A stretch of 32,000 bases of DNA. Origin: Bacillus subtilis subsp. subtilis str. 168 (GTDB lineage Bacteria; Bacillota; Bacilli; Bacillales; Bacillaceae). Positions 1 through 8,548 of the stretch are shown one piece after another. The position numbers and the translations under genes were made by a program. The notes under the pieces were generated by a model that was not told the DNA's origin, did no database searches, and saw nothing but the letters and a program-made list of their open reading frames with translations. The stretch covers positions 2,460,001 to 2,492,000 of the forward strand of contig NC_000964.3 of the NCBI RefSeq assembly GCF_000009045.1, in the 5' to 3' direction. Every line of letters starts with the position of its first letter. Within the stretch, counting starts at the first letter, position 1.

Positions 1-246
1 TTCGAGGAACTGACAAATGCCCGTAAGGCAATGGAGGAAGTGGCTCCCGATCTTTCCATGACAGAAAAGTCGCTGCAGTATCTGCTAGCACAGCCGGCTG
101 TCGCTTCAGTGATTACAGGCGCCAGTAAGATTGAGCAGTTACGGGAAAATATTCAGGCAGCAAATGCACGGCGTTTAACCGAAGAGGAAATCAAAGCGCT
201 CCAATCTCATACGAAACAAGACATTTACAAAGCTCATCGCTCATAG
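1..246 (+). CDS. yqkF: Aldo/keto reductase, C-terminal part (5' end outside window)
   Basis: Frame is open from base 1 to TAA at 244-246. The tail ...QPAVASVITGASKIEQLRENIQAA... is typical of aldo/keto reductases. Confidence 0.85.
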   Translation, partial: FEELTNARKAMEEVAPDLSMTEKSLQYLLAQPAVASVITGASKIEQLRENIQAANARRLTEEEIKALQSHTKQDIYKAHRS

Positions 247-277
247 CAGAAAAACCAGCACCTGTACGGGTGCTGGT

Positions 278-502
278 TTATTTATATTGATGCCAATCCA
301 TTTGGCTTTCATTTAGGAGTTCTTCAAAGCTCTTATTTTTTTCGATCTCTTTTTTCTTTCTAATCTGTTCTGCTTTTTCTCTTTTCTGCCTCTTTTCATC
401 CTCTTCCTTCAATTGGCTCTTCATCTCCATAAGCTTTGCTTTGATATCGGATTGAAGGCCGTCTTTTAGCTGGTGTTTGTCAATGGATTTTTGTTTTTTC
501 AT
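278..502 (-). CDS. yqkE: Small highly charged protein (74 aa), YqkE-like
   Basis: ORF on - strand. The internal ATG (MKKQKSIDK...) at 502 follows a GGGGGAAG Shine-Dalgarno, so the longer 115-aa start in the track is unlikely. Confidence 0.8.
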   Translation of the reverse strand: MKKQKSIDKHQLKDGLQSDIKAKLMEMKSQLKEEDEKRQKREKAEQIRKKKEIEKNKSFEELLNESQMDWHQYK

Positions 503-663
503 GCAGACTTCCCCCATGTTTTGTTTTGAAGCCAGTTTATCACGGAGCATATAAACTGAACAAGCAGACTCTCTTCTGATCACTTTCTCAGCGTAGCAGT
601 GTTTAGGTATAATGATCTTAAACACGAATTGCCTATATATTTCGTTGAAAGGTGCTGTGACTT

Positions 664-1581
664 TTGAAGAAAATCCTTTTGGCCATTGGCGCGCTCGTAA
701 CAGCTGTCATCGCAATCGGAATTGTTTTTTCACATATGATTCTATTCATCAAGAAAAAAACGGATGAAGACATTATCAAAAGAGAGACAGACAACGGACA
801 TGATGTGTTTGAATCATTTGAACAAATGGAGAAAACCGCTTTTGTGATACCCTCCGCTTACGGGTACGACATAAAAGGATACCATGTCGCACCGCATGAC
901 ACACCAAATACCATCATCATCTGCCACGGGGTGACGATGAATGTACTGAATTCTCTTAAGTATATGCATTTATTTCTAGATCTCGGCTGGAATGTGCTCA
1001 TTTATGACCATCGCCGGCATGGCCAAAGCGGCGGAAAGACGACCAGCTACGGGTTTTACGAAAAGGATGATCTCAATAAGGTTGTCAGCTTGCTCAAAAA
1101 CAAAACAAATCATCGCGGATTGATCGGAATTCATGGTGAGTCGATGGGGGCCGTGACCGCCCTGCTTTATGCTGGTGCACACTGCAGCGATGGCGCTGAT
1201 TTTTATATTGCCGATTGTCCGTTCGCATGTTTTGATGAACAGCTTGCCTATCGGCTGAGAGCGGAATACAGGCTCCCGTCTTGGCCCCTGCTTCCTATCG
1301 CCGACTTCTTTTTGAAGCTGAGGGGAGGCTATCGCGCACGTGAAGTATCTCCGCTTGCTGTCATTGATAAAATTGAAAAGCCGGTCCTCTTTATTCACAG
1401 TAAGGATGATGACTACATTCCTGTTTCTTCAACCGAGCGGCTTTATGAAAAGAAACGCGGTCCGAAAGCGCTGTACATTGCCGAGAACGGTGAACACGCC
1501 ATGTCATATACCAAAAATCGGCATACGTACCGAAAAACAGTGCAGGAGTTTTTAGACAACATGAATGATTCAACAGAATAA
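664..1581 (+). CDS. yqkD: Alpha/beta hydrolase with N-terminal membrane segment
   Basis: 305 aa ORF (TTG start). N-terminal TM, GxSxG (GIHGESMGAVTALLY), later Asp/His region (HSKDDDYIP, NGEHAM). Confidence 0.88.
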   Translation: MKKILLAIGALVTAVIAIGIVFSHMILFIKKKTDEDIIKRETDNGHDVFESFEQMEKTAFVIPSAYGYDIKGYHVAPHDTPNTIIICHGVTMNVLNSLKYMHLFLDLGWNVLIYDHRRHGQSGGKTTSYGFYEKDDLNKVVSLLKNKTNHRGLIGIHGESMGAVTALLYAGAHCSDGADFYIADCPFACFDEQLAYRLRAEYRLPSWPLLPIADFFLKLRGGYRAREVSPLAVIDKIEKPVLFIHSKDDDYIPVSSTERLYEKKRGPKALYIAENGEHAMSYTKNRHTYRKTVQEFLDNMNDSTE

Positions 1582-1618
1582 AAAAGCGAAAGGCCTCTTC
1601 GGCTCTTTCGCTTTTTTA
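1581..1618. terminator. Rho-independent terminator after yqkD, possibly bidirectional with yqkC
   Basis: AAAAAGCGAAAG ... CTTTCGCTTTTTT inverted repeat between converging genes. Confidence 0.85.
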
Positions 1619-1620
1619 TG

Positions 1621-1860
1621 TTACAGAACGTCGGTAATGCCATCCATATTTTCTCTGATCCATTCAATCGCAAGATCTATCGTTGTAAACTCCTGCGTCT
1701 CGAAGGTCATTTCATCCTGCAATAGCCAGACATCTTTCTTGATGGACTCTGCTCCTCCGATTGACCAGTGAAGCAAGGTATAAGGATGGTTTTGATTCAG
1801 GAAGGATACCCACGTTTTATTTTGTGCTGTGTTCTTCATTGCCTTCAGCTTTTGTTCCAC
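1621..1860 (-). CDS. yqkC: Small conserved protein of unknown function (79 aa)
   Basis: ORF on - strand, directly downstream of yqkB. Confidence 0.75.
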
Positions 1861-1872
1861 GTTTCGCGTCTC

Positions 1873-2196
1873 CTACTTTACTAATATGCTCATTCTGGGG
1901 CTGAGCATTTCAGCCGGGCTTTTCAGCGCCAATGTTTTGGCTTTTTCATTGTAATCGATCGTCATTTGATCGTCAAAAAACACTTTTTGCGACGATTGGA
2001 TATACAGCGGAATGCCGTTCGTTTCCAGCTGCTCGCACTGTCCCGTTAATTCTTCTGCCAGCCAGATTGTCGGGACACCGCTTACCGCGCAGCCGCATCC
2101 TTCTGCATCGTAACGAAGCTGGGCTTTTTTTCCCGGGTTGGCGTCAAACGCCTGCTGCAGTGCCTGTTTTGCTGCATCTGTCACATGTATGTTCAT
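1873..2196 (-). CDS. yqkB: HesB/IscA-like family protein
   Basis: 107 aa: MNIHVTDAAKQALQQAF...KAQLRYDAEGCGCAVSG. Start overlaps the upstream stop (ATGA). Confidence 0.85.
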   Translation of the reverse strand: MNIHVTDAAKQALQQAFDANPGKKAQLRYDAEGCGCAVSGVPTIWLAEELTGQCEQLETNGIPLYIQSSQKVFFDDQMTIDYNEKAKTLALKSPAEMLSPRMSILVK

Positions 2197-3224
2197 AAGG
2201 TGAAACCCCCGTTTTCATCATTTTCGCTATTGTAGCATACAATACTGCCATTCGCATTGTTTCTGCCTTTTTTCCACCGCTTCGCATTTTCTTCTGCAGT
2301 CTTGATCCACTCATCTTTCCCTTGTATATACTGATTGATGCTGTCAGGGTGCTGGGCCGCCAGCTGTTTTTTGAGAACGGCGTATTCTTTCGCTATGTTT
2401 GGATGAGCTCTGAGATAATCTCTGAATAACAGATGCCTTTCAATAGCAGGGTTTCCCTGTTCGTACATATGGACATGATGAGTGCGTTTATTTCCGCCCT
2501 TTTGGAAATAACGCCTGCCCGCTATACCGTTCTCACCTTTTGGTGTATAGCCGTTGGCCTTCATTTGTTCATCAAATTGGCTCACGGCTTCAATGCTTCT
2601 GACTTCAATTAACATATCAATGATTGGCTTCGCTGCCATGTTAGGTATTGATGTGCTTCCGATGTGATGAATAGCGATAATCTCCGGCCCGAACACAAGT
2701 TTCAGCCGTTCTTTTTCTTCATCGAAACATTCTGCCCATTTTTCGTTGTAGAGAATGATCTCAACTTTTCTTTTCGGATACAAATGAAAGACCGACAGCA
2801 ATAGACCCTGCGCTGCTTTGACGGTTTCTGCCTTTTGGAATCCGGCCTGTGTATAGAGTGACACAGCCGGGGTATTGTTCTCGGCTGTGACTACTTCGAT
2901 TTTCTCAGCGTCTTCATTATGATCAATGACAAATTGCAGAAGCGCTCGTCCAATTCCTTTTCTGAAACCGTCAGGATGCACAACAAGCCTGCAAATGGTG
3001 AGATAATGCATGTTTTTCTCATATGAAATGACACCGATCAGCTTGCCGTTTTTCCGATATCCCGCAAACCGTTCATGGGATGCTTGAATATCCTTTACCT
3101 TCTCTTGTAAAGCGGGAATACCGTCAAAACCGATAATCTCTGTTTCCTTTATGTAGGCGGGGATCTGTACGGCTAAAATCTCACGCGCTATAGTGGCTTC
3201 CTTATGCTGGAGAAATTCAATCAT
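2193..3224 (-). CDS. yqkA: GNAT acetyltransferase domain fused to GrpB/UPF0157 nucleotidyltransferase-like domain
   Basis: Start chosen at MIEFLQHKE (343 aa). GNAT-like VVHPDGFRKGIGRALLQFVI, then HIGSTSIPNMAAKPIIDMLIEV typical of the GrpB family. The N-terminal 60 codons of the 403-aa track ORF overlap yqjZ. Confidence 0.85.
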   Translation of the reverse strand: MIEFLQHKEATIAREILAVQIPAYIKETEIIGFDGIPALQEKVKDIQASHERFAGYRKNGKLIGVISYEKNMHYLTICRLVVHPDGFRKGIGRALLQFVIDHNEDAEKIEVVTAENNTPAVSLYTQAGFQKAETVKAAQGLLLSVFHLYPKRKVEIILYNEKWAECFDEEKERLKLVFGPEIIAIHHIGSTSIPNMAAKPIIDMLIEVRSIEAVSQFDEQMKANGYTPKGENGIAGRRYFQKGGNKRTHHVHMYEQGNPAIERHLLFRDYLRAHPNIAKEYAVLKKQLAAQHPDSINQYIQGKDEWIKTAEENAKRWKKGRNNANGSIVCYNSENDENGGFTL

Positions 3225-3561
3225 TCGTGTTCTCCTGAAACAGCCGCTGTCTGTCGACTTTTGCGACGCGGACTGCATACGACTCGTACCAAACGCTTCT
3301 TCCTTTTTCTTTTGCTGCTTGATGTTCAGTGTGATGCCTCCAATGGTTAATTGCGTCCATACTGTCCCAATAGGAAACTGTGATGCCCCTTCCATCCGCT
3401 TCACGTACGCTTTCCACGCCTAAAAATCCAGGCTGATCCGCCGCAAGTGATACCATCCGCTCCGCTGTTTCTCCATATCCTGTGTCATTTTCGCTTTTGA
3501 CAGAAGAAAAAATGACTGCATAGTAAGGAGGCTCAGGTGTTTTTGATAAAAAATCCATCAT
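3217..3561 (-). CDS. yqjZ: Antibiotic biosynthesis monooxygenase (ABM)-like protein
   Basis: 114 aa; GFLGVESVREADGRGITVSYWDSMDAINHWRHHTEH motif. Confidence 0.85.
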   Translation of the reverse strand: MMDFLSKTPEPPYYAVIFSSVKSENDTGYGETAERMVSLAADQPGFLGVESVREADGRGITVSYWDSMDAINHWRHHTEHQAAKEKGRSVWYESYAVRVAKVDRQRLFQENTND

Positions 3562-3570
3562 ATTTCCCCC

Positions 3571-4041
3571 TCATATGTTTTTGACAAATAGTACCCTGTC
3601 TTGGCCCGGGCCATCATAGTTTGCAAACACTGAGATGCCATTTACCGTTTTGGTGCCCTTTTCAATATCAAACCCCAATTTTGTGTGATATGCGATTGAT
3701 ACCTTATTCACAGGTGAAGTGACACACTTCACCCGGGTGCAGCCCCTTTGTTTTACTGTTTCGATAAATACATCATACAATTGTTTCCCAATTTGCATTT
3801 TTCTGAAATCCGGATGCACACCGGAAAAATGAATGTACGCCGTTTCAGGATCGGATTGCGATTGAAATCCGATTAAAAATCCCGTCATGCTGTTATGTTC
3901 GGATGTAATAAAGCTTGTGTCCTGAAAATGCTCAAAAAATAGTCTCGGCAATTTTTCTTTCAGCTGTCTGCCGCCCCACCATTCATTCAGTACAGACGTT
4001 ACCATTTCATAATCTGAAGACGTGATTGTTCGAATATCCAT
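3571..4041 (-). CDS. yqjY: GNAT family N-acetyltransferase
   Basis: 156 aa; [27 protein letters not shown] acetyl-CoA binding motif; strong GGAGGGAG Shine-Dalgarno. Confidence 0.85.
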
Positions 4042-4226
4042 TACGATTTGATCTCCCTCCGTCTGGCAAAACGAATGTCAGCTCTTTTTCTCACAATATA
4101 AAAATTATATTTTGCCTGGCTGGAATTGTAAATGCCTTCTTTCCTGTATCATACGTTTCCAGACTGCCGAGGGAACAATGTTTGATCATTTTACGCCTAT
4201 TTCTCCCCCAAACAGGAGGAGAGACT

Positions 4227-4565
4227 TTACAGCACAATATCAAGCACTTGATCAAGTTTCAGCTTATAAAGCTGATCCTCGTCTCCTTTTATCCATACTG
4301 CTTTTTCAAACTCTTCATACCGGCAGATTTTCCCGGTGCAGCAGACAATCTCACCGTCCTGAAAGCAGCTGACAGTGATATCCTGAGCAAACTCCATCGC
4401 GGCGCAAAGCGTTTGATTCATCTCTTCCAGCTTATCGGGGTCAAGGATCGGCTTTTGCAGCTTCTGTTTAAGTCGCTTTCTCTCCAGCAGGCTTTGCTTA
4501 TGTTCCGGCAGAAACATCCTGCTCCCTTCCCACAGCAGGTTGCCCCTTTTTAAATGGTCGTTCAT
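4227..4565 (-). CDS. yqjX: YolD-like family protein
   Basis: 112 aa immediately after the Y-family polymerase gene (4 bp overlap); sequence matches the YolD-like pattern often paired with UvrX-type polymerases. Confidence 0.82.
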   Translation of the reverse strand: MNDHLKRGNLLWEGSRMFLPEHKQSLLERKRLKQKLQKPILDPDKLEEMNQTLCAAMEFAQDITVSCFQDGEIVCCTGKICRYEEFEKAVWIKGDEDQLYKLKLDQVLDIVL

Positions 4566-5800
4566 TTATAATGCCCCCCTATTTTAGCCGCACGTTCAAA
4601 TGCCTGGCCTGCCGCTGTCAGTGACGCCGCCCTGATGATTGCTGTATCGCCGAATCGATTTTTAATGCCATCCATCACATAGCCTAGGCTCATTTTCTTT
4701 GCATAATCCTGAAATAAATTGAGCTGCCATATGTCATCAGATGAGAGCTGAGACAGATTGACACCGAGGCGGCGGACGGGTTTCCCGTCCCAAAATGTAA
4801 GAAACAGCCGTCGTACAGCCTCATATACATCCTGCGTAGAATTAGTCGGCTCTGCCAGCTTCACTTGCCGGTTGAAGCCCGTCGGCCAATCAAAATCAGC
4901 ACCCCGGCAGCTCACTGACACTGTCTGCCCCATGACCCCGGCGTTTCGGCTTCGCCTGCACACCTCTTCACTCAGCTCAAGCAATACGACCTTGATTTCT
5001 TTGTCAAAGTGTTCGTAGTCTCTCGGGAGAGTCATTCCATGACCTATCGCCTTTTGCCCGTCCAGAGACGAAGTTGACACAGGGGAATAGTCGATTCCGT
5101 TTGCCGTCATCCACAGCACGTGGCCGTTAATGCCCCATTTCTTTTTTAAAAGATCGAGCGGAAAAGCCGCGAGCCCGCCGATCGTGCTGATGCCCATTCG
5201 ATTTAAATGATGCTTCATGCGGCTCCCGACGCCAAACATGCTGCCCACCGGGAGCGGCCACATTTCGGTTTTCATATTTTCTTTCGTTAAGGTAAAAATA
5301 CCGTTCTTATTCTTTTTGGCAAAATTGTCACACGCAATTTTGGCCAGCGCTTTGTTAGGGCCGATTCCGACCCGTGCATAAACGCCGATCTCCCGCATGA
5401 TTCTGCCCTGAATGCTTTTCGCGATCTCCATCGGCGTCCCAAACAGCTTCTGGCTGCCTGTAATGTCCATGAACTGTTCATCGATGGAATACGGCTCCAC
5501 AAGGTCTGTATACTCCTCGAGAATGGCCGTAATTTGCAGTGATACATCAATATACCGCTGCATACGCGGCCGGAGCACAACAGCCTCAGGACACTTTTCC
5601 TGCGCCTCCCACAGCCGTGAAGCATTCACCACACCCTTTTGTTTCGCCAGCGGGCAGGCAGCCAATACGACTCCGCCCCTTTTTTCAGGGTCACCCGAAA
5701 CAATGACGGGCCTATTTTTCAAATGTGGATTTTCCGCTTTCTCTACAGATGCATAAAACGATTGCATGTCAACGAGAAAAATCACTTTTTCTTTCATCAT
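4562..5800 (-). CDS. polYB: Y-family (UmuC/DinB-type) DNA polymerase, Pol Y2
   Basis: 412 aa from MMKEKVIFLVDMQSFYASVEKAENP; YSIDEQFMDITGSQKLFG and GIGPNKALAKIACD motifs. Start follows AGAGGTGTGT; the 482-aa version in the track is over-extended. Confidence 0.93.
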   Translation of the reverse strand: MMKEKVIFLVDMQSFYASVEKAENPHLKNRPVIVSGDPEKRGGVVLAACPLAKQKGVVNASRLWEAQEKCPEAVVLRPRMQRYIDVSLQITAILEEYTDLVEPYSIDEQFMDITGSQKLFGTPMEIAKSIQGRIMREIGVYARVGIGPNKALAKIACDNFAKKNKNGIFTLTKENMKTEMWPLPVGSMFGVGSRMKHHLNRMGISTIGGLAAFPLDLLKKKWGINGHVLWMTANGIDYSPVSTSSLDGQKAIGHGMTLPRDYEHFDKEIKVVLLELSEEVCRRSRNAGVMGQTVSVSCRGADFDWPTGFNRQVKLAEPTNSTQDVYEAVRRLFLTFWDGKPVRRLGVNLSQLSSDDIWQLNLFQDYAKKMSLGYVMDGIKNRFGDTAIIRAASLTAAGQAFERAAKIGGHYK

Positions 5801-5815
5801 ACACACCTCTAAAAA

Positions 5816-5828
5816 GAACTTATGTTCG
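5816..5828. promoter_or_regulatory. LexA (DinR/SOS) operator, near-perfect
   Basis: GAACTTATGTTCG fits the B. subtilis core GAAC-N4-GTTC, 16 bp upstream of the polYB start. Confidence 0.85.
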
Positions 5829-5833
5829 CTTTT

Positions 5834-5839
5834 CATTAT
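5834..5839 (-). promoter_or_regulatory. -10 element (TATAAT) for polYB, lying between two LexA-like sites
   Basis: Minus-strand TATAAT, with no good -35 hexamer at 17 bp spacing. Confidence 0.5.
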
Positions 5840-5842
5840 ATG

Positions 5843-5855
5843 CGAAAGTATGTTC
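5843..5855. promoter_or_regulatory. Second, imperfect LexA-like operator
   Basis: GAAAGTATGTTCG (minus strand CGAACATACTTTC); one half-site matches exactly. Confidence 0.6.
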
Positions 5856-5965
5856 GTTTTATACTGGTAAATGATTCTTGTCTGACAGAAAATATGATCC
5901 AAGGGTTTGAGAGAAGAAAAACATTTAGTAGAATAAAAGCGAAGCATAAGGATAGGAGAGTCATG

Positions 5966-6172
5966 ATGGAGAAATTTGTCGAAAAAATGCTGGGACAGGC
6001 ATTGCGGCAATACGGCAGAAACGTTGCTATAGATCCGTTAAGCCCGTATGAAAAACAAAGCCTGAAAGCGGCTCTACAAGAGAGACGGAATGAAGAACCA
6101 GATGAGGATTTGCATGCGCATATAGAAGATATCATTTATGACTATGTCACAAACCAAGGCCTGTTCTCTTAA
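5966..6172 (+). CDS. yqzH: Small protein YqzH, divergent from polYB
   Basis: 68 aa: MEKFVEKMLGQALRQYGRNVAIDPLSPYEKQSLK...; GGAGAG upstream. Confidence 0.8.
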   Translation: MEKFVEKMLGQALRQYGRNVAIDPLSPYEKQSLKAALQERRNEEPDEDLHAHIEDIIYDYVTNQGLFS

Positions 6173-6720
6173 ACGCATGACTGTCAGTTCTTTCAGCCGC
6201 TGATGCGGCTTCCCTTTGAAAACACCGCCTGAAACAAATAAACAGTCTCAGGCTTACAGAAAAAAAGCAGGATTTTCTCACGCTCCATAGATTCATATGG
6301 CCTGGCGTAAAATTCCCCTCAATGCTCGCGCAAAACGGAATAAGCTGTCCATGATCACGCGTATACACTTTTTCGAAGAGATGTGCTCTCTTGTTCTGTC
6401 ATGCGGTCCATGCCGGTTTTCAGCGTACATCTTGATCTCATAGCCGGTTTCACTGCCGATATGATCCACGTTCTGGCGGCTTAAACTAACACACCCTCAC
6501 TGACCAATCGCTTTGCTTTTCATCGGACATCCCGTCATTTTCCTTCTTTCAAGATGTAAACTCCGTCAGCCACACGCATCCTCAACGCATAGTATATTGC
6601 CATCCATACAATCAGGCATACTACATGTCAATAACGAAATATTTTGAACGATCTATTGGAGAAGGAAATTTTTTCATATATGATAGAGAAAGATCATACA
6701 TACAGGAGAGAATATAATTC

Positions 6721-7953
6721 ATGAAGAAATGGAAAGATATCCACCCGATCAGCTGGACAATTATAATCGGAACCATTTTCGGCAGAATGGCAACATCGAT
6801 GAGCATTCCTTTTTTAGCGATTTATTTGACAGCCGTCCAAGGCGCATCAGCTTCCTATGCAGGGCTGGTCATCGCCGCGAGCTCATCAGTCGGCATCCTC
6901 GCAAGCTTTTACGGCGGATATATCTCAGATAAATTCGGCAGAAAAAACATGATGCTTGTATCGATTTTCGGATGGATGCTGGTATTTGCAGGCTTTGCGG
7001 CAGCATCTAATCTCTGGGTGTTTTTTGTAGTAAACGCATTAAACGGTCTTTGCAAATCACTGTTTGAGCCCGCTTCAAAGGCCTTGTTGTCTGATATGAC
7101 AGAAGAAAAAACGAGACTGCTAGTTTTTAATTTACGCTATGCGGCTATTAATATCGGCGTTGTCTTCGGACCTGTGCTTGGCCTATATTTCGGCTCATCG
7201 CAATCGACTACGCCCTTTTTGGTGCCTGCAGTCATTTACGGACTATACGGAATTGTGCTTGCCCTCCAATTTAAAAAACATCCATCCTTATCAGCACCAG
7301 CCCAGTCCCGAAATATGAGCGTGCGGGAAGCGTTTATGGTCACGCAAAAGGATTATCTTTTTACCATTGCTTTGGTCGGCATTACGCTATGCACCTTCGG
7401 CTACTCACAATTCAGTTCCACATTCCCTCAGTATATGGCGCAGAACCCCTTGATCGGCAATGGAACGAAGCTGTATGGGCTGATGCTGACATTAAACGCA
7501 ATCGTTGTGTTGGCGACGCAATTTCCCATTGTCCATTTTGCAAAACGGTTTTCGCCGCTTTGTTCTCTGATGCTCGGTAATGTGATGGTTAGCATCAGCA
7601 TGGCCATTTTCACCGTATCACACGGTGTTCCATCAATTGTGATGATTGTCATCACATTTACAATCGGCGAAGTGCTTTTATTCTCTATGATGGATTTGTA
7701 TGTAGACCAGATTGCAAAACCAGGATTAAAAGGCACTTATTTCGGGGCAATCGGTTTTTCACAGCTCGGAAACGTCATCGGCCCTTGGGTCGGGGGGATA
7801 TGTATAGACCTGTTTGGCGCTGGCCGGCCGATTTATATTTTTTCTGTCCTGAGCGGCATTACCCTGCTCGGCCTGCCATTTTTAGCGTTCGCCTATCGGC
7901 AAATGAAAATGGAGACCACAAAACACCGTTCCCGTCTGGAAAAGCCGCTTTAA
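6721..7953 (+). CDS. yqjV: MFS transporter
   Basis: 410 aa, about 12 hydrophobic segments; MFS signature GGYISDKFGRKNMMLV; CAGGAGAG Shine-Dalgarno. Confidence 0.9.
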   Translation: MKKWKDIHPISWTIIIGTIFGRMATSMSIPFLAIYLTAVQGASASYAGLVIAASSSVGILASFYGGYISDKFGRKNMMLVSIFGWMLVFAGFAAASNLWVFFVVNALNGLCKSLFEPASKALLSDMTEEKTRLLVFNLRYAAINIGVVFGPVLGLYFGSSQSTTPFLVPAVIYGLYGIVLALQFKKHPSLSAPAQSRNMSVREAFMVTQKDYLFTIALVGITLCTFGYSQFSSTFPQYMAQNPLIGNGTKLYGLMLTLNAIVVLATQFPIVHFAKRFSPLCSLMLGNVMVSISMAIFTVSHGVPSIVMIVITFTIGEVLLFSMMDLYVDQIAKPGLKGTYFGAIGFSQLGNVIGPWVGGICIDLFGAGRPIYIFSVLSGITLLGLPFLAFAYRQMKMETTKHRSRLEKPL

Positions 7954-8003
7954 ATAAAAAACGGAAGAGAATGAATCTCTCCCGCAAACATGAGGTGAAG
8001 AAC

Positions 8004-8162
8004 ATGAATATAGGTGATGTGATGTTTCAGCTGTTTGTATTTATTATATTTGCCGCTGTCGTCTTTGCGGCTGTTACAGGCTTCAAGTATGCGAAAAACC
8101 GAAAAGCGCAGCTGGATCGCATTGAGAAAAAGCTGAACAGCCTGTCCGAAGATCACGATTAA
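8004..8162 (+). CDS. yqjU: Small single-TM protein
   Basis: 52 aa MNIGDVMFQLFVFIIFAAVVFAAVTGFKYAKN... preceded by GAGGTGAAG; alternative start at 7971. The longer 7785 start overlaps yqjV. Confidence 0.65.
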   Translation: MNIGDVMFQLFVFIIFAAVVFAAVTGFKYAKNRKAQLDRIEKKLNSLSEDHD

Positions 8163-8545
8163 CAGCTTGGGGCAACGAGCTCTACCTTAATCCGGTCTGG
8201 ATCCTCACAAAAGACTGCATAATGCCCGTCTCCTCCGGCAAAAGGATGCCTGTCTCGGTACAACACACGATAGCCTTTTGCCGTCAATTTTTCAGTCATC
8301 TGATCGACTTGAAGCTTGGATTCAGCATGAAATGCGAGATGGTTCAGACCGACTCGGCATCTATGGTATTCCGGCTCTAGAAATGGCTCTTTCGCCTGCA
8401 CAATCACTAGGTAAAAACGATCTTTCTTCCAGCTGATGCCTGAGCTCCATTTTTGATACTCTTTATAACCAAGTTCTTTTAAGAACCAGCCCCAAAACCG
8501 CCTAGACGCCTCCAAATCAGAGACATACAGTTCAATATGATGCAC
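8159..8545 (-). CDS. yqjT: VOC/glyoxalase-like protein
   Basis: 128 aa: MHHIELYVSDLEASRRFWGWFLKELGY...FCEDPDRIKVELVAP. Confidence 0.87.
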   Translation of the reverse strand: MHHIELYVSDLEASRRFWGWFLKELGYKEYQKWSSGISWKKDRFYLVIVQAKEPFLEPEYHRCRVGLNHLAFHAESKLQVDQMTEKLTAKGYRVLYRDRHPFAGGDGHYAVFCEDPDRIKVELVAPSC

Positions 8546-8548
8546 ATT

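Noticed and set aside
1932-2198. 88-aa plus-strand ORF opposite yqkB
   Set aside because: Antisense shadow of a conserved HesB/IscA-like gene.
3225-3404. 60-codon N-terminal extension of the 403-aa ORF (MKRMEGASQFPIGTV...)
   Set aside because: It lies in another frame over the end of yqjZ; the domain begins at MIEFLQHKE, so the extension is probably chance.
4026-4553. 175-aa plus-strand ORF opposite yqjX
   Set aside because: Antisense to yqjX and the yqjX-yqjY gap, without recognisable motifs.
2193-5800. Possible novel antiphage or mobile defence island
   Set aside because: No integrase, transposase, direct repeats, tRNA junction, nuclease or NTPase effector was seen; the content matches the native chromosomal SOS locus.
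5801-6010. 70-codon extension of the 482-aa polYB ORF
   Set aside because: It covers the LexA sites and divergent promoter region and lacks family similarity; a good SD sits before MMKEKVIFLVDM.
6621-6806. 61-aa minus-strand ORF overlapping the 5' end of yqjV
   Set aside because: Its hydrophobic content is mostly the antisense of the yqjV TM region and leader; no SD was identified.
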